The notes beneath the pieces were generated by a model. The model saw only the letters and a program-made list of their open reading frames with translations. It made no database searches and had not been told where the DNA came from. The position numbers were made by a program, and so were the translations under genes. Positions 1 to 10,171 of a DNA stretch of 64,000 nucleotides are shown here, in pieces; positions within the stretch are counted from its first letter, which is position 1; the number at the start of each line of letters is the position of its first letter. Location: positions 9,977-73,976 of the forward strand of contig CAZVMH010000004.1 in NCBI GenBank assembly GCA_964628585.1, read 5' to 3'. Origin of the DNA: an uncultured Candidatus Saccharibacteria bacterium. GTDB lineage: Bacteria; Patescibacteriota; UBA1384; XYA2-FULL-43-10; 1-14-0-10-43-13.

Positions 1-3000
1 GCCGAGGCCGGGCGCATCTGCATTATCATTGGCCGCCCGCCAATCGTTCTGGCATTTTTGAATAACAGAATTAAGCAAATTAATATCGGCGCCCTTCTTA
101 TCATTGTCGGCTTTGGCAATGCTTGCATTGGCTACATCGTCGGGAGTTGCGCTGTCTGCAGAGCCCTTATCAATAATCTTTTGGTTTGCCTGCATCGCCA
201 GCATTAGCTGGTTTGTGTCAATGCCAGAAGCGGCTTTACTGTCTGCGACACAATGATCGTCTCTGATACGATTATTCTGACTACTATAAACTCGACGATA
301 TAGTTCCGAAAGCGTTAGTGTCCCTTCCAGTTTGAATTGGTCATCTAGCTTTGTGGCAGCAATCTCCAAAATAACCCAATGCGCCTGCGAAGGGTCATTA
401 AATATTCGCTGGAATGTGCCGGGCGGAAGCTTTGCCTTGGTATCCAGGTCAAATTGGAATATCATTGAAAGGTTTGAATAAAGCATGCCCCAGTTTTGAT
501 AATATGTTTTATCTCTACATCCTTCACCTGCAATAGGTGACATATTGTCACAAATAAAGAATTTTTTAAAATTTAAAGCGATGTTAGCGGCGGCTTCGGC
601 TCCGTAATCATCCAACCCCAAAGCTTTGCCAAGTTCAACCGCGCCTATCCTGATTGCCATTTTGCTACCAATTTTCTCGTTATATTGATCAGGAGAAATT
701 TCTCCACGAGCAAGTTTGGCTGTCTCACCAAAATCGAGACCAAAAGCGTTATCGAGACTATCCCAGAAAGTTTTAAATTGATTTATCTCGTAGTAGTAAT
801 CTCTCATTTTTTGATCAGTTCCATTTTGCAATGCGCCAGCACCATATGCGCTTAAAATCTGCTGAATATATTCAGGCAATTTCGAATCTATATTGGCAAC
901 AGCCGTGGTTGCCTCTGCTGTGAGAGCGGGGGCGCTGGAAAGATAGTTCACTATTGAGCGAAGTTGGAAGGTGCCAGTAGCCGACTTAAGCGAATTGGCT
1001 CTACTAACGCCCAATATTGCTTCCAGATCGTTTCGAGATATTGTCGTAAGCGTTTCGCCGTTATCTAATCTTTCAGTATAAATTGGAATCTTAAAGATGA
1101 GGGCAAAGTTCATTGGTTTGATGTGAGCGATTAATTCACTCATAGAAGCGCCCCTAAACATACCCTTTGGCAGGCCAAGCGTTTCTTCAATTTTGGATTC
1201 CCCGATATTTTGTAGGAGATCGGCCGGACTACTGGCTCGTATTGGTACCGAATTGAGACCAACAAAACTACCCAACATTTTGGCACCAGCATCTGCTAAT
1301 GCGCACTTTAAGTTTTTGGGGTTTAGTGCAGAGACAATTAGTTGTGTTGTGCCAGGATTAAAACCAAGAGTCTCGTCTAAATAATATGCACCGATTCGAT
1401 AAAGTGGCTTTAGATCACCATTTAAAATTGCGTAAAGATCGTTACCATTAAATATTCCAGGAGGAATATCGATACCAAGCGAGGTAAAGAGCTTCCAACT
1501 TAAAATTCTCTTTGATTCAGCGTGACCAACAGCTCTTTTATATGTCGCGAGAGGAGTTTGATCGTTTTCGCGCGAAAGAAGTCTTTTTAATACATCAACA
1601 TTTAAATAGGCATCTCCCAAAGTCGCCAAAGTCAATCCACCGTCACTTATGGAGCTATATTCCTCATCCGTAAACACAGAGTTGATGGTGCCATTTATAA
1701 ATTGTATTAAACGTTCGCGAATGTTTCCAGTACTCTTTAATGATTCAGAAACAGACAGGCCTGCATGAGTTTTAATTGCTATTGCAAGGGTATCTAAAAC
1801 ATCAGTAAATTGATCGGCACTATGGTCAACAGAATAGGTCTGGGCATCGGTTTTATTTTTAAAGCAATGTTTACCAACTTTATCAACAATACAATAGGTA
1901 TTGCCCTCAAAAGTAGTTTGACGATAAATATCAGTTCGGTTTTCAAAATCTTCCCAAGTAACTTTATTGTCTGTCCCCGTGTAAGTGATTGGACAGGAAT
2001 TTTCATCTCCTCCGTCGCCGTACTGTTTCAAATACGGGTTTGTTTCAATATAATCGGCATCAAGTCCTTGTCGCCCAAGTTGGTTTAATTTAATGTCGCC
2101 ATTTATTAGCTTCAATAATACATCTATCAAATCTGTTCCGGAGAGATTAAGACTCTGTGCCAACTGTTGCTTTTCGTTTATTTCAAGCAAATCTGCTCCG
2201 TTACTCAAAGGGACTTTCTGTTTCTTAATTAAAGCAGCGGTTGAACCTTCTTTGATACCCAATCTGCGGTCAACTTTAACAGCCTGATTATTGGCTGTGG
2301 TACTAAATCCGCCTGCTTCCAATGCAGCTAAGCGACCTGAAATGCCCAGTCTGAACATAATGTCATCTCCGGCGCCCCTAATAGCATCATTATATCCTCG
2401 ACTGACAATATTATGGGCTACATCACTTAAATCCCTCTCGTTCATTAACTGGCCACCGTTGTTAGCCCATTCGGTTACATATTCATCGAGCCAATTCAAC
2501 TTTGCCGTGTCAACAAAAGATTCAAATAGGTTCGGATCATTTGATTTAACCCATTTAACATAGTCTTCGGGTTTAGAGGATGGGATCGATGTGCTACCAC
2601 CCCAAGCAAAATATGAACGCCATGTTTCTATCTGACTTTCAGCGTATTTAACAAGATTTTTATAGTCTTTTTTGAAATCGGGGATTTTGTCATTTAATAC
2701 ATCCCCCTGAAAATAAAAGCTTGGCATTGAAAACTCTTGCTCAATCTTGGCCTGACCGATTGCAAGATAAAAAGCATCAATGTTTTTAATGCCAGCCTTT
2801 TCATAGTTTTGAACTAAATAATAAATAGAATTTTGAGGCAATCCAAGACCGTTTTCTGCTTGAGCCGCTCCAATTCGAACAAAGAAATCGGTTGCGCTAA
2901 TGCGGTGCGTTACGAGATCAAACAATGCGGCTGGAGAAAAGCCGGTTGATCTAATTCCGCCGGAGCTTGAGCCATTGCTACTATTTTGTGCGCTTGTAGT

Positions 3001-6000
3001 TCCACTATTTCCAGCGCTGGTCCAAGTTGAAGAGAAACTCTGGCTGGCATTAATCTGTTTTATGGTCAAAAGATCGGCCGAAGCGATTACTTTTCCGGCC
3101 ATAATTTCTGAAACAGCACGAATTAGTTCATTGACGTTCAAAATAGTGGTATCAACTTTTCTGGCTTTACTCTGATTTTGAATTCGAATATTTTCGCAAT
3201 CAGCAAACAATCCGTCAACTTCATAAGCAATACTTCTGGCGGTCTCTTTCGCTCCTGCTATTGTAGTAACATTCAAGTTATTAAACGCACGTAATATTGC
3301 ATTAATGTGTTCATTTATTGGTCCCAGTTCGACACCAGTTTCGTTGTTCCAATCACCTTTAATTTTTTGTGTTAATTCTAAAACACGACCCACTCTTGAT
3401 AAATAAAAATTAATTTCAGGGTTATTCGTTTGAAGTTCTGGGGTAGTATCCATCAGATCAATTTTTACTTTTCCATCACTATCTAAGAGCTTGTTTGCCA
3501 CACCGTAATAAAGTAGTTTGCTTCCAATCCGAGAAAAAACTGAACGAGGACTGGCTAAAGCACATCCGAACATTCGCGAAAGGTCACCGGATACGAGACC
3601 GAGGGAAAATGCTCGCTCTTCGTTAATGTCAACATCAAGATCTTTAATTTCAGTTGATCCATCAGCTTTTTTAATTGTAACAGTAACTTTCTTAGTAATT
3701 TTATTATCGGGAATTTGACAGGTTGTTTGATCTGTTTTTGTCAAATTTTCTAAAAGCCAACTTTGAGCTGCAGCGGCTCCAATGTCGTCTGGAGTAGCAG
3801 TAATATTTAGATCTTTCATTGCAAGATATTGTTCTTCGCTCAAATTGCCACCACCTTTACCGTAAAGGTATTTGCTGAATGTTAAGTTCTGCTGAATTAC
3901 ACGAGAAAGAGCGAAACGGCCAACAGTAATAAAACCGGTCGCTTTGCCCAAAAGAGCGTCGCTCCAGGCACCGTCTGGAAGATTGTAAGCGGCATTATTC
4001 GCTGAGAGATAATTAAATCCGTTTATAGTATCGTTTTTTCTGGTTTCACCAACTTTCTCAACAAAATCAAATGGAGAAATGTTCCCCGATATTAGCTGCT
4101 TAGCTGTACCGGGCGTAATGTGCAAAGTATTATCAATATAGGTTGGATCCTGAAACAAAACTCCAGCACGAAAGTCACCCAAATTTTTTTTCAATTCTTT
4201 ATAGTTAGCCCCACGAAAAGAATTTTTAGGAATATTTAGACCCTTTTCAATGACGCGATTGCCTATCAAAATACTCAATGATTGTACTGTAAGACCCTCC
4301 TCATATTCTTTGAGATCGCCTGGGTCAAGGTTCATTTCAAATTCAAGTTTGCGCTTACCGGCATTGGTGAGTGTTCCCTCCAAATCATAGACCTTTGCCC
4401 CGCCAGCTGATTTTTTATAATTCAGAGATTCAAGAGAGCCAAATGGAAGTCCAGCTCTTTTTTCCAGTGCGGTTTCGCCAATAATTACCTGTAAATCTTC
4501 TAAAGAAGTAATACTACGACCAATAAAAATCTCACGAGGCAAACCGAGATAGTCGGCAAAATACATTGCGCCGAGTTTTTGAAGAGTGTCTTCAGTATTG
4601 AATCCGGCGAAATTATGTCCGGGAGAGTTCAAAAGCTGGCCAAAAATAGTCTTACCAATAATACCAACGATGTCGGAGAAATTGGCATCAGAAAGATCTC
4701 CGTCATAATTTGTAACATCACCATTTAAATCATCAACTAGCGTACGCATCTCATCATTAGCGATATCTTTCATAATCCCCATCATATCAACCGAATTCCC
4801 CCCTGACTGATCATAGCTGGCCGATGTTTGCCAAGCCAACTTGATTGGGCGAAGAACTTTTTTTTCTCTGGTGGTTGAGCTTCCGCCGATTCTACGTTTT
4901 TTTACAACCGTAAGGGTACAACGAATGTCATCAAGCTCCATAATATCAACGGCTTGACCTTTGGTATGCGCAGAGATGTTTCTATCTGGCGGTTGTGCTG
5001 TGGCTAAATATCCTGTTTCAGCATTATCTAGACTCTCCAAATAGGCATCGTAGGTATCGCCATTTTCATCTTCGGCTGTAATATTGGCATTGGCTTGGTT
5101 GCTGTCTTCTTCTGAGCCCTGTGCAACTCCACACTCAGCCGCTGTCATGTTGGCGCAATCGACCGCTCTAGTTTCTGTAATTTTTTGACCGAGTGAAAGG
5201 CGGACAGCTTCAGATTCATTGGAATAGGGTCGAGCGGTGTCCTGAATTAGCTTCTTAACTCTTACGCGCCAATGACCTGCTCCTCCCTGATTTTTTGGAA
5301 TAACCAAATAATTGAGCATTTTTATTATTCGAATATCAATCGTAGTCGATTCGAGTGCGGAAGTTATTATTTGATCTAAATATTCGCTATCGGTTTCGAT
5401 TAATTGTTGAGTATCAAGTCCGGTAATACATTTTAGATTTTTATACTGTTCGTTGCCAACGGCTAAATTTTGCATAACAGGATCAACCCCAGAATCAGCA
5501 TTATTTTTTAATTCGTTTTTTTCCTGATTTAAAATTGTTCGTGGATCAGGACTTTTCCCCCAAGCCTTTTGTGCCTCATAGACTAAGTTTTGGAACTGGT
5601 TGTAATCTCTAATTCTGATTTTGGCCAGTTCATCTATCGAGGCGGGACGGAAACTGGTCGGTAAAAAGTTGTACATCGCTTCGAGATCGGTATAAAAATC
5701 AGGCAAAAGATCAGAGAGGCAGTAAAGACTACGAATGGCAGCCAAGTCAGTCCTGTTAAATATCAACCGAGCGTCCTGCATACCCATAATTTGATCTTCA
5801 AAACCAAGTTCGTAGCTAGACGCGTTTTCAGCGCTATTATTTACCTGGCTAGCCAAACTTTGTATCGCTACTGGTACGGTACTTTGAGTAATCTCTGTTT
5901 CGTCCCCTCCATCGATGTTTATATTTTTGGTAGTGTCGTCGGTTTCTGTTGTGGCCTTAGCTTTATCTGGTAAAAAAATAAAAACAGGCTCGACGATTAA

Positions 6001-6048
6001 AAGCGCCATCAAGAGAGAAATTATTGATTTTTTAAAGAAAGATAGCAT
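1..6048 (-). CDS. Giant secreted/surface protein (>2016 aa, 3' end outside window) with degenerate helical repeats
   Basis: ATG at 6048 directly follows the TAA of the upstream gene (TAAATG). Starts MLSFFKKSIISLLMALLIVEPVFIFLPDKAKA (signal peptide, AxA site). Segments I translated (1-240, 1141-1400, 2701-2880, 4021-4680, 5200-6048) are open in one frame, and the ORF track shows no stop-terminated ORF in that frame. Confidence 0.9.
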   Translation of the reverse strand, partial: MLSFFKKSIISLLMALLIVEPVFIFLPDKAKATTETDDTTKNINIDGGDETEITQSTVPVAIQSLASQVNNSAENASSYELGFEDQIMGMQDARLIFNRTDLAAIRSLYCLSDLLPDFYTDLEAMYNFLPTSFRPASIDELAKIRIRDYNQFQNLVYEAQKAWGKSPDPRTILNQEKNELKNNADSGVDPVMQNLAVGNEQYKNLKCITGLDTQQLIETDSEYLDQIITSALESTTIDIRIIKMLNYLVIPKNQGGAGHWRVRVKKLIQDTARPYSNESEAVRLSLGQKITETRAVDCANMTAAECGVAQGSEEDSNQANANITAEDENGDTYDAYLESLDNAETGYLATAQPPDRNISAHTKGQAVDIMELDDIRCTLTVVKKRRIGGSSTTREKKVLRPIKLAWQTSASYDQSGGNSVDMMGIMKDIANDEMRTLVDDLNGDVTNYDGDLSDANFSDIVGIIGKTIFGQLLNSPGHNFAGFNTEDTLQKLGAMYFADYLGLPREIFIGRSITSLEDLQVIIGETALEKRAGLPFGSLESLNYKKSAGGAKVYDLEGTLTNAGKRKLEFEMNLDPGDLKEYEEGLTVQSLSILIGNRVIEKGLNIPKNSFRGANYKELKKNLGDFRAGVLFQDPTYIDNTLHITPGTAKQLISGNISPFDFVEKVGETRKNDTINGFNYLSANNAAYNLPDGAWSDALLGKATGFITVGRFALSRVIQQNLTFSKYLYGKGGGNLSEEQYLAMKDLNITATPDDIGAAAAQSWLLENLTKTDQTTCQIPDNKITKKVTVTIKKADGSTEIKDLDVDINEERAFSLGLVSGDLSRMFGCALASPRSVFSRIGSKLLYYGVANKLLDSDGKVKIDLMDTTPELQTNNPEINFYLSRVGRVLELTQKIKGDWNNETGVELGPINEHINAILRAFNNLNVTTIAGAKETARSIAYEVDGLFADCENIRIQNQSKARKVDTTILNVNELIRAVSEIMAGKVIASADLLTIKQINASQSFSSTWTSAGNSGTTSAQNSSNGSSSGGIRSTGFSPAALFDLVTHRISATDFFVRIGAAQAENGLGLPQNSIYYLVQNYEKAGIKNIDAFYLAIGQAKIEQEFSMPSFYFQGDVLNDKIPDFKKDYKNLVKYAESQIETWRSYFAWGGSTSIPSSKPEDYVKWVKSNDPNLFESFVDTAKLNWLDEYVTEWANNGGQLMNERDLSDVAHNIVSRGYNDAIRGAGDDIMFRLGISGRLAALEAGGFSTTANNQAVKVDRRLGIKEGSTAALIKKQKVPLSNGADLLEINEKQQLAQSLNLSGTDLIDVLLKLINGDIKLNQLGRQGLDADYIETNPYLKQYGDGGDENSCPITYTGTDNKVTWEDFENRTDIYRQTTFEGNTYCIVDKVGKHCFKNKTDAQTYSVDHSADQFTDVLDTLAIAIKTHAGLSVSESLKSTGNIRERLIQFINGTINSVFTDEEYSSISDGGLTLATLGDAYLNVDVLKRLLSRENDQTPLATYKRAVGHAESKRILSWKLFTSLGIDIPPGIFNGNDLYAILNGDLKPLYRIGAYYLDETLGFNPGTTQLIVSALNPKNLKCALADAGAKMLGSFVGLNSVPIRASSPADLLQNIGESKIEETLGLPKGMFRGASMSELIAHIKPMNFALIFKIPIYTERLDNGETLTTISRNDLEAILGVSRANSLKSATGTFQLRSIVNYLSSAPALTAEATTAVANIDSKLPEYIQQILSAYGAGALQNGTDQKMRDYYYEINQFKTFWDSLDNAFGLDFGETAKLARGEISPDQYNEKIGSKMAIRIGAVELGKALGLDDYGAEAAANIALNFKKFFICDNMSPIAGEGCRDKTYYQNWGMLYSNLSMIFQFDLDTKAKLPPGTFQRIFNDPSQAHWVILEIAATKLDDQFKLEGTLTLSELYRRVYSSQNNRIRDDHCVADSKAASGIDTNQLMLAMQANQKIIDKGSADSATPDDVANASIAKADNDKKGADINLLNSVIQKCQNDWRAANDNADAPGLG

Positions 6049-7572
6049 TTACGGTATTCTCATTACTGCTTTCATTTTGCCCCAAAGAATGCTCTGTTCT
6101 GTGTTGCCTGCTGCTTTCCCAGTTTCATATTCACTTCTAGTTACAACAACACACTGTCCGCTTCCCATTAATTCAAAATGAACATGACCTACAGAAGAAA
6201 TTTTTCCTATTGGTTTGCCCGCTTCTACTTGATCACCTTTTTTTACGGTTTGTTCTAAATGGGCGTAAACTGCAGTATAAATTCCATTTTTTATTTGTAA
6301 GCCACTTTTTGCTCTGTCATCTATAACTTCACCGCCAAAGATTGCATTAACCGGTGTTCCCGACCCAGCACTTAAATCGACTGCATCACAAGTATTCTGA
6401 ACGAACTGGATGTAAGTTCTAGCAGAACCATGAGGGGGTTTGGGGCAATTTTTGCCATTTTTTACATCAGCGCTACAAGGATTTAAAGGGGAACCAAAAT
6501 GTATACTTCCCCCAATGCTTGGCTTAAGGCAAAATTCAGAATTACACTCAGTTTTAATTGAGGTTGGCATTACAGGAACACTTAAAAGAGAAACAACAAG
6601 TGCTTTTATATCACCAATTAATTTTTTCCCAGCTTCTTCAGTTCTGGAAGTTCGGTAAGAAGTAATCTCTTCCAAAATTGAATCTATTTGGGCAACTTTA
6701 TCTGCATACTGACCCAATTTCTTAATTTCTCCAAGTTCTGTTTCCAAACCACTTAAAGCGGTATCTGAAAGAGCCTTAGTAGCTGAATCGTCTTTGCTGA
6801 ACAATAGTAATCTTTGTATCCATTCTTTATCAGAAAGAGGATTGGTTGCTTGAGTAATAGTTGAGCCGGTCGAGCTGACTTTAGTGTGTGAACCAAAAAC
6901 AACGCTCCAAAGAAGTACAATAATTAAAACAAGCAATACTAGCCCGACGATAATTGCCATTACTATCCAGCCGTATGGTGATGCGAAAAATGCGGTTACG
7001 GCTCTTTTCGCTAATTGAGCGACTGCTTTTTTGGCGAACTTCATCGCTTGGTCGATAGCTTGTTTCGTGACTTCTTTGCCTTTGTCAACGGTCCCGCCTA
7101 ATGCGCCCGTGGGTTGTGCTTTTGTTGTTGAGACATCTGGTTGTATTGCTGGTTTTTTAGTTGCTTCAATTGCTGGTCCACCAGGAAGTATTTCCTTGGC
7201 AGGAGAGATTGCGGGCTGTTCTCCAAGCACTTTTTGCTGTGCAACATCTGCCTGCTCTTGACCAGCAGTTCTTTGTGCCTGTTGTTTTCTTTGATCTATT
7301 GGTTGCCCAAATTGTGATTCTCCTTCATTTGTTTCTCCTACATCTTCTGTCTGCTCCCCAGTATTGCTCCCTTCTTCACTAGAGGATCGATTTAAGGATG
7401 GAGTATCTACTCGACGGATGTAGTTATCAAAAGGAGTTGCTGCAATTTTGCGAATATCTTCTTTTTTCTTCCTTGCCAAAACAAAATCACCCGCTTTTCT
7501 TGCTTCAATATGTTCTTTCTGAAGCTGTTGCAGGCGTCCCCAATACCTCTGTTTAAAATCTCTATCTGCCAC
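6049..7572 (-). CDS. Membrane-anchored M23-family peptidase-like protein
   Basis: C-terminal AVDLSAGSGTPVNAIFGGEV...YAHL...VKKGDQVEAGKPIG...HVHFE is the M23 pattern. One TM segment after a disordered N-terminus. GTG start with GGAGG SD. Confidence 0.85.
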   Translation of the reverse strand: MADRDFKQRYWGRLQQLQKEHIEARKAGDFVLARKKKEDIRKIAATPFDNYIRRVDTPSLNRSSSEEGSNTGEQTEDVGETNEGESQFGQPIDQRKQQAQRTAGQEQADVAQQKVLGEQPAISPAKEILPGGPAIEATKKPAIQPDVSTTKAQPTGALGGTVDKGKEVTKQAIDQAMKFAKKAVAQLAKRAVTAFFASPYGWIVMAIIVGLVLLVLIIVLLWSVVFGSHTKVSSTGSTITQATNPLSDKEWIQRLLLFSKDDSATKALSDTALSGLETELGEIKKLGQYADKVAQIDSILEEITSYRTSRTEEAGKKLIGDIKALVVSLLSVPVMPTSIKTECNSEFCLKPSIGGSIHFGSPLNPCSADVKNGKNCPKPPHGSARTYIQFVQNTCDAVDLSAGSGTPVNAIFGGEVIDDRAKSGLQIKNGIYTAVYAHLEQTVKKGDQVEAGKPIGKISSVGHVHFELMGSGQCVVVTRSEYETGKAAGNTEQSILWGKMKAVMRIP

Positions 7573-7618
7573 ACCCCTCCCAATTAACAGCCTAAAGGCT
7601 GATCTCTGGAACTGGAAA

Positions 7619-8863
7619 TCAACTATCGAGATTCAAATAATATATCTGACCGCCAGATTGATACAATATTATTTTACCATTTACCACTGTTTTTAATAAG
7701 TTAATTTCGTTCTTACTAACATTGGAGAGCGAGTTTCCATTGATTGTTTTAGTTTCTGTGTTGAAAAAGAAAAGTTTCTCTTGAAAAAGCATATCTGGTG
7801 CTGAGAGTACAAGGGTGGTGGAGTCAATCCATGCGACTTTAGTGGGGGAGACACGAATGTCTAAAGTGTTTTTATTGCCTCCATCTTTGTCCATTACTGA
7901 AATTATCGAGTTAACGTTTTTTGCTGGATCTTCTGAATAAGAAAAATATAGGATCTTCTGGCTGTCGGGGGAGAAAACAGCGTCAACCTGATCGCCAGAA
8001 TCTGTCAGAGTTTTTAAAGTTAAATTATATCGTGAAAGCAGATAAATTTTATTAGTATCATAGTTAAGACTTTGAGGAATAATTAAAAGATTTTCTCCAT
8101 TTGGTGACCATCGCAAAAGTGGGTTTTCAATACCATATTCAGCCAAATTTAAGATTCTAGTCTGCTGCGTGGCGCCAGCATTGGAAAAAATTAAGGTCTG
8201 TTCGGGATAATAGACGTAAGCAATTTTTGCGCCATCTGGTGACCAAGCTATTGAACCAATATCATTGCCCCAAGGCGTTTCGGTTTGATGAACAAAATCA
8301 TATTTTTTGAAATCAAAGATACTTATGGCATTACCTTTTCTGAAAAGAGCTAAATCTTTATTTGGTGACCAAATTATTTCCTCTATCCCAGAAAGAATAG
8401 GTGCGGTAATGGCCTGAGTATTTTCAATAATTTTTTGATTATCAAGCATGAAGATTGATTTATAAAGAGTTCTTCCTGCATCACCTAAATGGTAAACCTC
8501 TGAATCACTGGCTTTGTCTAAAAATATTCCTGAGCCCAAGATCTTAGTTTCTCCAAGAGGCTTCAAATCATAAGTTAATGTACTTGGTAAAAATCTTTTT
8601 GCCTTAATAGTGGCGGAAATACCAATGTATCCTTCGGCTTGTACGTCAATTTTATGATTACCTACTCTAATAATCTTTTTTGATAGTCCATGGCGATTTA
8701 GTTTGATAGGCGCATTATCAAGAAGAACAATCGCAGTTTTAGGAGATATATTGATTGTAACTATTGATTGAGAAAGAATATTAATTAAAAAACAGATAAA
8801 TAACACTATTAAAAGCGCAAAAAAGTAATACTTTAAAATCAATTTTTTCTTATGTCTGTGCAT
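7619..8863 (-). CDS. PEGA-domain plus TolB/WD40-like beta-propeller membrane-anchored protein
   Basis: N-terminal TM; PEGA-like ITINISPKTAIVLLD...GNHKIDVQAEGY; repeated WSPN/WSPDG/FSPDS propeller motifs. Confidence 0.8.
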   Translation of the reverse strand: MHRHKKKLILKYYFFALLIVLFICFLINILSQSIVTINISPKTAIVLLDNAPIKLNRHGLSKKIIRVGNHKIDVQAEGYIGISATIKAKRFLPSTLTYDLKPLGETKILGSGIFLDKASDSEVYHLGDAGRTLYKSIFMLDNQKIIENTQAITAPILSGIEEIIWSPNKDLALFRKGNAISIFDFKKYDFVHQTETPWGNDIGSIAWSPDGAKIAYVYYPEQTLIFSNAGATQQTRILNLAEYGIENPLLRWSPNGENLLIIPQSLNYDTNKIYLLSRYNLTLKTLTDSGDQVDAVFSPDSQKILYFSYSEDPAKNVNSIISVMDKDGGNKNTLDIRVSPTKVAWIDSTTLVLSAPDMLFQEKLFFFNTETKTINGNSLSNVSKNEINLLKTVVNGKIILYQSGGQIYYLNLDS

Positions 8864-8869
8864 TTTTTA

Positions 8870-10171
8870 TCATGAACATTTATTACCTGTAGCGTTTACT
8901 TGGGACCATATATATTCCATATATGTTTTGCCAGGGTCATCCTTTCTAGATGAACTGCATCCAGGGGTTCCTTCTCCTCCTCCGGTTTGATAATGACCAA
9001 AAATTCCTCTTTGAGCGGAAAAATTTGTAGCATTCCCAATTTCTCTTGTGCTGTACCCTCCATTAATTAGATTGTTTATAACCTGGACAACAACAGCTTT
9101 TTGCTTTTCGTTTTTCATTAATTCGTCGCCTACACCTGCAATTTCTATACCAATTGTAAAGTTGTTTGCGGATTTTTTCGTATTACCTACTGTTGCCGTT
9201 CCGGAACCGCTTTGCTTTATATTAAAAGGTACAAATTGATAAACTGTTCCATCGCTGTCAATAAGCAAATGAGTGACATTTGGTGGCGATAATCCCATCC
9301 AGTAGTCTATTATATCTTTTTTAACTCCTTCTTTGCCGAGGGGCTTGTCGGCTGGGACTGATTTGCCTGTCCAGTGCAATGTTACTCCATGAGAATTAAT
9401 ATTATAATCAGCTCCTTTTCGTTTGCTTAACCAGTTTTTAAGATTTGCTTGATTCATAAATGAAGTATCGTAAGGACCGATTGGGTCACCTGTTGCTTTG
9501 CTTGCAAACCCGGTGTCACACTGTACTTGATCAGGAACGAGATCACTTAAAAGTTGTATTCTTGCTTCTTTTGAGTCAGAAACATATCCACGTTGATCGA
9601 AACTATCCTTTCTGGCAGCAGCAACATAATGATAAAGAAGCCTTGTCCATGTATTTTCTCCGGAAGGGGTACTGTACACGCCCTCACTATCCATCGCTTT
9701 CTTGATTAAAGAGATAGCGCAAGATTTTTGTTTCTCCCAACCACTATCGTCTCCGCCTACGGAGTAATGGCCACACCCAAATGCTTTGTAATCACTTCTA
9801 AAAGTCTGTTCTCCATACCAAAAAGAAATTAATACTGCTGGGTTGATGCCTGCGTTAGATGAGGCGGAAATTATATCTTGAATTTTATCTTTTACACCAC
9901 CAATCGAGGGGTATCTTTCTTTTAAGGTATTTATCACCTGATCTGCGCTTGTAATGGTAGTTATGTCAGAGAAGGCCTCATTTTTTAAAGAACAGCCCGT
10001 CCCACTTACTCCACTGCCAAATTTGGGAGAATTTTCGCCCCATGGGACTATACCGAAAATAGCAGCTCCAATGCCAAAACCAAATAGTATTAAAACACCC
10101 AAAATTGCAACGGCGATGGAAACATTGACCGTTGTCGCACCTGTTTTTGTAAAAATTTTTTTAGAACCCAT
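8870..10171 (-). CDS. Two-domain peptidoglycan hydrolase: lysozyme-like domain plus N-acetylmuramoyl-L-alanine amidase (Amidase_2)
   Basis: Amidase motifs GVTLHWT, HLLIDSDGTVYQ, NNFTIGIEI, IFGHY, KDDPG; upstream GINPAVLISFWYGEQTF resembles a lysozyme-like catalytic helix. Start reassigned to ATG 10171 (MGSKKIF), followed by a hydrophobic segment. Confidence 0.8.
   Translation of the reverse strand: MGSKKIFTKTGATTVNVSIAVAILGVLILFGFGIGAAIFGIVPWGENSPKFGSGVSGTGCSLKNEAFSDITTITSADQVINTLKERYPSIGGVKDKIQDIISASSNAGINPAVLISFWYGEQTFRSDYKAFGCGHYSVGGDDSGWEKQKSCAISLIKKAMDSEGVYSTPSGENTWTRLLYHYVAAARKDSFDQRGYVSDSKEARIQLLSDLVPDQVQCDTGFASKATGDPIGPYDTSFMNQANLKNWLSKRKGADYNINSHGVTLHWTGKSVPADKPLGKEGVKKDIIDYWMGLSPPNVTHLLIDSDGTVYQFVPFNIKQSGSGTATVGNTKKSANNFTIGIEIAGVGDELMKNEKQKAVVVQVINNLINGGYSTREIGNATNFSAQRGIFGHYQTGGGEGTPGCSSSRKDDPGKTYMEYIWSQVNATGNKCS

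Noticed and set aside
1193-6181. Short ORFs listed in the track over the first 6 kb
   Set aside because: Antisense or alternate-frame shadows of the giant minus-strand ORF; no motifs or RBS.
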